Assembly (NCBI GenBank): GCA_051942205.1
Contig: JAVECO010000007.1
Span: 186,001-250,000 of the forward strand
Reading direction: 5' to 3'
DNA length: 64,000 nucleotides
From: Coniocarpon cinnabarinum
Taxonomy: Eukaryota
Shown here: piece after piece, positions 58,355-64,000 of the stretch
Position numbering within the stretch: the first letter of the stretch is position 1
Layout of the letters: the number at the start of each line of letters is the position of its first letter
The notes under the pieces: generated by a model
Databases searched by the model: none
Seen by the model: only the letters and a program-made list of their open reading frames with translations
What the model was told of the DNA's origin: nothing
Position numbers and translations under genes: made by a program

Positions 58355-59062
58355 TCAGGCAAATACACCTGCTCTCTTCATCACGCTTTCGAACTCCTCT
58401 CTTCCGACCCCGTCCAACACTCCGCCGTTGCCCTCGCCGCCGTTCGCTTCCAGCAACATCGTCTTCAATACACTGTCATCTACATCCTCCCTTAACTCTC
58501 GCGCAACTCTTTTCAAATCCGCCAGCGAAATCTTTCTCCCCTCTTGCACACCGGGTTCAAATTTCCCACTCGATGGTATCGGCGTTGTGAACAGAGCAAA
58601 AGCATGATCAATCTCTGCTCGCTCTCTTTGCTGTTTTGACACCTTTTTCTCCTTGCCCTTGCCTCGTACTGTGTTGTGACCTACCTCAATATCGTCCATA
58701 CCTTCATCGGCATGATCTCCTTCATCTTGGAGCTCGCCCATCGTTTGCGCCAGCTCTTTGAAGTTGTCGAAGCTCAAGAAGCGCTGTCCTTCGTCGAAGA
58801 AATCGCTGGGCGGCGGAGGAAGGTTCAAGCTCTTTAGTGCGCGTCGTACATCTAGCACGCGGAGGAGACCGTTCTCATCATCTGCATGCTCCTCTAATTC
58901 CTGTGTTGCGCCTTCGTCGTCTTCGTCTTCTGCTTGCTCTAGAGCGTTTGAATGCGAGATGGCGAAGAGACGAAACGCTTCATGGATTTCGTGTGCTTTG
59001 CGCTCACGGGGATCCGAACGTGGGGATGGCGCGGCGCGTTTTCGACCTCGCTTGGGAGGCAT
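58355..59062 (-). CDS. Centrin/calmodulin-like EF-hand protein with degenerate loops
   Basis: EIHEAFRLF, EIDHAFALF, KISLADLKRVARELREDVDDSVLKTMLLEA, VGREEFESVM (centrin C-lobe pattern). Basic N-terminus PPKRGRKR. Confidence 0.8.
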   Translation of the reverse strand: MPPKRGRKRAAPSPRSDPRERKAHEIHEAFRLFAISHSNALEQAEDEDDEGATQELEEHADDENGLLRVLDVRRALKSLNLPPPPSDFFDEGQRFLSFDNFKELAQTMGELQDEGDHADEGMDDIEVGHNTVRGKGKEKKVSKQQRERAEIDHAFALFTTPIPSSGKFEPGVQEGRKISLADLKRVARELREDVDDSVLKTMLLEANGGEGNGGVLDGVGREEFESVMKRAGVFA

Positions 59063-59565
59063 CTGTCTGACCTTTTAGACAGAGGGTTTATCCCTAGAAA
59101 CGTTGTTGCTCAGACGAAGTCGACGTCCTGATGCCAAGTATATCAATTGCATTACCTGACCTCTCTCAGATTACGTAGCAAAATCTGTAGCTGTCCATAA
59201 CATGAATGGATTGAAAGCGGCGCACTCGCGTACCCTGCTGAACACTTTGCTCTCCAACCCAACACCACGTGACCATGTGCAAGCCGTGCAAGCGTGAAGA
59301 AACCTTGTAACCTGATTTTGGCCTCTATACTGGACGATCAGTGTTCGGAATAAGACAAGGCGGCACGTAGTCGAGTTCATGAAAGCTTCGATGCAGTCTG
59401 ATCACTCCTGCCAAGTACCTGTATGTTGAGCTTCTAGATTTGCTGAAAAATGGCAACTCTTTCTAGCAGGAGTCGCCTGCTCGAATAGCCTAACAATAAC
59501 GCTCATCCGGCTCCAATATACATTCAAAGACATGCGCTCGTCTGAGGTGTGCGCTCCGTGCCGTG

Positions 59566-61095
59566 CTAGCTTTGCAACAGCTGTCCGATTTCGTCGACAA
59601 CATCCCTCTCTTCAAACCTAAGCTCTTTGACATTGCTTTGAATAATATCAGCAGCACCAAGACTTGCTGCGGTCTGATGCAGCTCGCTATCTACAGGCGA
59701 CATATACAACAATCCACCTAGCGCAAACATACAGTTGCGGATGCAATCGATATGCGTGTTGACCATTGAAAGCACCTCTATCAGAGCAACCGCAAGCTCA
59801 ATAGCCCTTTCCTCAACAATGGTAGCTTTCGCATCAGCTAATTCAAATTGAGTTCGCTTTGCGGTGAACTGCGCTCCACACATGTTGAGGGCAGCATTCG
59901 AGGCCCATGTCTGCTGTTGTTCATCTTGACTGAGTAAACCTTTCACAGTGACTTCGACAAGCGCAGCGCTTAGAGATTGCCTCTTGGTTGCTACACGCGC
60001 CAATTGAGTAGTTGAAAAACAATTGCATGCTATTTGGACGCCGACCAAGAGTAAGGATGACTCTGTGTCTGCTCTCATTGAAACGCCGTGAAGCAAATCC
60101 TCGAGCACAGAAGTTTCCACCAGAAAGATAGCAACGCGTTCATCTAAAAGCAGGAGCCGCGTTACATCTAGAATCCTTGTCTGTAACGCAACCGTGGATT
60201 TCGGCCAGAGCTCCTCGATACGGGCTACGATGGTATGCACATCGGGTAGAGCAACGTCGATGCTTGACGCGTGCAATCGATTGTCCAGAAAATCTACTGA
60301 CTCGATCATGGTAGTATCTCTCTCGAAATGAGTCTTAAGCTCCTGAAAATCCGGAAGTTTGCTTGCGAGCGGGCTACGTGATAGTGCGTGCTCCAGAACA
60401 GTCAACTTCAGCTGGGAGTGCGGATGCTTTCGCTGTGGTGATGGCTTCTCAAGAGCAGACTGGCTCATGTTCTCTAAGTCTTTGGCGTCAGCTTCTGTCG
60501 ATTCGGCTCGAGGTGTTGACTCATTGACATGGACATCCGAGCCTGTGAGTCGTCATGCTCAAGGTGCCCGTCATTGAAGATGCGAGGGCACAAAACAGAA
60601 GCAGGATGATCACCTACCAATGGGTACAGCATGCGCCGGCACGGGCGCTTGCGTTACTGATCGCATAGAGGCGTCAAGCTGTGGTTGGAGCATGCGTCCA
60701 AATGGCGTCTCAAGGACCTGGCGAGGCAGATTCGTGATATACTCGGGTATCCCAGTACCGACTAGAAATTGGGCAAAATCATTGGAGAAGTTGTTGCAGT
60801 TGTGCGCGAACAAATCATATGATTCAGGGCTGTATGTCGCTCGTAGAGCTCCAAGATATTCCTCAATAATGTCGAGCGGCAAATCCGTTTTGCCAAGTTT
60901 GAGGACCTGCATAGGCTGGCCGTGGTGGCTCATGCCCGCTCGACACATCTGGATTCCTTGCCCGAAGAAATACTCAGTTCCGCTGAAAACTACAGAAGTG
61001 TGATAGACGGCATCGATTTGTATGCCGAGAAATTGCATTGACATTGTTCGAGCGAGCCCTTGCGAGAGATCATATACGTAGAGCTGGACATCCAT
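59566..61095 (-). CDS. PPPDE (DeSI-type) peptidase fused to a PUL domain
   Basis: MDVQLYVYDLSQG, catalytic YHTSVV and HNCNNFS. Phase-1 intron 60543-60617 joins to a helical PUL-like region (ILDVTRLLL, IACNCFS, ASNAALN, ALGGLLY). Confidence 0.88.
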
Positions 61096-61715
61096 GTTGC
61101 GACAAGGAGATAATAGGGAATCATTCGAAGGAACATGAAAAAGAAGGGGATATGAGCTAGATTGCGCCAATACTTCTGTCTTGTCAAGCCGGCTCAATCG
61201 AATGAAATATCTTGCAGTGCTCAAGAAGAGTGTTCGTCACCCAGTGTAGCCTGCGCGATTACACGGAAGCTGGAAGATCCGGAGTCTCATGTGGAATGTT
61301 CAACAAACGCCTGCATGCATAACGCCTTGGACAGCTCTGCAATGCATATGAAGAAAATCGCAATGATTACTCTGAGTTGTCAACGGAAAAATGTCAGTTA
61401 TCCATTGACGAGTAAAGGTGGAAGAAGATCGCCGACGCCACACGTTCTGCGCCACTTGTTTCCTGTGCCAAGATGGTCTGCTCATTGAGTAGCGTGCCAA
61501 CGTTTTTGCTTGGAATTATTTTGTGTTTTTACTTTAATGTTGTACACAACTCCTGGCCCTCAGTCATTCGTTCATTGCGTGGCTTGGTGGCTGCACATCC
61601 TGCTGCGCCGCCAATATTGCCTCTTCGGCTCCAGTGACTGGATCGCTTGTCAAAGCGTAAATTGAGCAATTACGCTGCCACCTGCCTGACATTGGCTTGC
61701 CTTCGCTGATACAAG

Positions 61716-63520
61716 ATGGGTCAAGAGGGAAGCGTGCGGAAAAGGCCAGACTTGTGGTCTTACATCAGCTTCAGTCGCCCAAACTCCCGGAATGGCTCAT
61801 CGTCCTTACCGCATCCAAACGGCTCGCCCGACCCTTTTGGCGGTGCGGAACGAACACCCAAAAGATCGAGAGGATACTCCGTGGATCAAGCATACATGCA
61901 CCAGGCACATTGGCAAAGAAACAAAACCTTTAGGTACCTTGGTCTAGGACTCGTTGTGTTTGTGCTACTGTACTTTCTCGCTCCAGCCCAATACATCTGT
62001 ACGTGTCCTACCACTCAAATCGAGGGAAGCATATAGGCTGACAAGTCTCAGCTCGTCCAGGGTATACATCTGGCCGTGGAGGCCAGAGAGTTTCAGACTC
62101 CTCAGCAGCCTCCTCAAAATGCACCGAGTCCTACTCTCCCACAAAACCCCTTATTCAATACGCTTTGATGATCGATGCAGGCAGTACAGGCTCACGCATC
62201 CATGTATATCGTTTCAACAATTGCGGCCCAACTCCTGAGCTCGAAAACGAAGAGTTCAAGATGACGGCCAAGAAGGAAGGAGGCTCAGGACTGTCTTCAT
62301 ACGATTCAGACGCCGAGAGCGCTGCAAAATCCCTTGATGAACTTATGAGTGTTGCCATGCAGAGTGTTCCAGAGGCTTATAAATCGTGTTCGCCAATCGC
62401 CGTTAAAGCCACAGCGGGTTTGAGAAAGCTCGGAACAGAGAAGAGCAATCGCATTCTCGAGGCTGTGCGCAAGCGTCTGGAAACGGAGTATCCGTTCCCC
62501 CTCGTATCTGGAGAGAAAGGGGGCGTCGAGGTGATGGGCGGTGATCAAGAGGGTGTGTATGCCTGGATCACAACTAACTACCTGCTCGGCAAGATAGGAG
62601 GCCCTGACAAGACACCTTCCGCCGCCGTGTTTGACCTAGGGGGCGGCAGTACTCAGATCGTATTCGAGCCAACATTTCCTCAAGCTGCTAAGGGAGGAAT
62701 GCCAGAACACCTCGCTGATGGCGATCACAAGTACAACATGACTTTCGGCGGTCGTAACTTTGAGCTTTATCAGCACAGCTACTTGGGCTACGGACTCATG
62801 GAGGCTCGAAAGAAGTTGCACCACTTAGTGCTGGATGGTGCTAGAAAGAACGGCAAAGTAGGCTTCGGCCAACCCATTGTCAACCCATGTATTGCACCTG
62901 GTATGTCTCGTGAGATTGAAATGGAGCCTGAGGATGGAGGTAAGACTTACACCGTCAACATGACCGGTCCAGATTCTGGCAGTCACACGCAGTGCCGTGC
63001 GATTGCTGAAAAAGCTCTTCACAAAGAGAAAGCTTGTTCCTTGCAACCTTGTGCGTTTGATGGTGTGCATCAGCCAAGTCTGCAAAAGACTTTCGCACGG
63101 GAGGATGTTTACTTATTCAGCTACTTCTATGACCGGACTCAGCCCCTCGGCATGCCAGACAGCTTCACACTGGAGGAGCTGAAAGACCTGACGGAGAAGG
63201 TGTGCAATGGTGAAGATTCATGGGAAAGCTTTGCTGCTGTCGATGGCGCCCTTGATGAGCTGCGAGATCGACCAGAGCACTGCTTGGATCTCAACTTCAT
63301 GCTAGCTCTCTTGCACTCGGGCTATGATATGCCAATGGATCGTGAAGTCAAGATCGCAAAGAAAATCAAGGGCAATGAATTGGGTTGGTGTCTTGGTGCC
63401 AGGTAAGCTTGTTCCTGCGACATGCCAGGAGTAAAACGTGATCTTGCTGACACAACTCGCAGCCTGCCATTACTCGAGAAAGGCTCAGGTTGGGAATGTA
63501 AGATGCAACAGATCGAATGA
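61716..63520 (+). CDS. GDA1: Golgi guanosine diphosphatase (GDA1/CD39 family)
   Basis: N-terminal TM anchor. Apyrase conserved regions DAGSTGSR, ATAGLR, EGVYAW, DLGGGSTQ, WCLG. Introns 61999-62051 and 63403-63462. Confidence 0.95.
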
Positions 63521-64000
63521 AGAACCCATCACGTTAAGGAACACGGCTTCTACCCGTCAGGGTTCCTTAAATTTCACGATGAGGAAGGCACTCTGACCAT
63601 TTGCGTATTGCGTCTGCGAAGAAACCATTGCCAGGAGACTTTCCAACGAGCCTCGCACGGGAAAAATCATTGCGGACGTTTGAGAGCAGCTTGAGTAAGC
63701 TCGAGAAGCGAAGATTAGATCACGTCCGTCAGGTTTCCATGGTGATAGAAGACATTGCCGCGAATGTCACGTTTGGTTCAAAGAAACATCTCGCGCGAAG
63801 ATATACATCATAGACCAGCACCTGATCTGCGACTGGCACGAAAGTCTCTTCTGACCCTCTCAACGCTCCCACGGACAGACTTCAGCCACTGAATCAGAAC
63901 CACAGCAAACATCAAGTCATCCAACTTGAGCAACAATTTGGCCAGCAAAATATGGCCCTCGCCTCCACTGCCGTGCTCGATCGCTGCTGCAATATTATTA

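Noticed and set aside
63601..63999. Plus-strand ORF 63601-63813 and a minus-strand frame open to the window edge (stop at 63808)
   Set aside because: The first has no convincing ATG start; the second is truncated with no recognisable motif. Needs flanking sequence.
1..64000. Transposons, RIP-degraded repeats, CRISPR arrays, rRNA/tRNA, PKS/NRPS cluster
   Set aside because: No transposase/RT motifs, terminal repeats, repeat-spacer arrays, RNA-gene signatures or backbone enzymes seen by eye; a tRNAscan/Rfam run is needed to exclude small RNAs.

Overview
Gene-dense eukaryotic DNA from a filamentous ascomycete (Pezizomycotina-type: short introns with CTRAC branch points, typical fungal orthologues). 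About 25 protein-coding genes can be rebuilt by hand-splicing the ORF track. In order: RIX1, a metallo-beta-lactamase-fold hydrolase, RAV1, SFI1, an NDUFAF8-like twin-CX9C protein, FAR11, an orphan coiled-coil gene, the 3027-aa bridge-like lipid transfer protein FMP27/Hobbit, DOT1, an orphan SAM-like protein, CSN5/RRI1, TOM22, samB/MUB1, a 2OG-Fe(II) dioxygenase, an uncharacterised multi-TM protein, a Tim17-like protein, eIF4B, an SLC35F/EamA transporter, YPT7, a membrane-anchored cupredoxin-like protein, a non-canonical eIF4E, a centrin-like EF-hand protein, a PPPDE-PUL peptidase and GDA1. I saw no transposon, rRNA, tRNA, CRISPR or secondary-metabolite backbone gene, and I cannot support a clearly new multi-gene system; this is mostly a housekeeping region. 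The best leads are smaller: two orphan genes recovered only by splicing, a 17-aa tandem repeat in the DOT1 N-terminus, two uORFs before samB/MUB1, a 6-nt microexon in eIF4B, a GC-AG intron in YPT7, a GAG acceptor in the dioxygenase, recurring paired CACGTG elements, and a degenerate centrin-like gene in the same window as SFI1. Family calls come from recognising motifs by eye, not from database searches, and splice sites are predictions.
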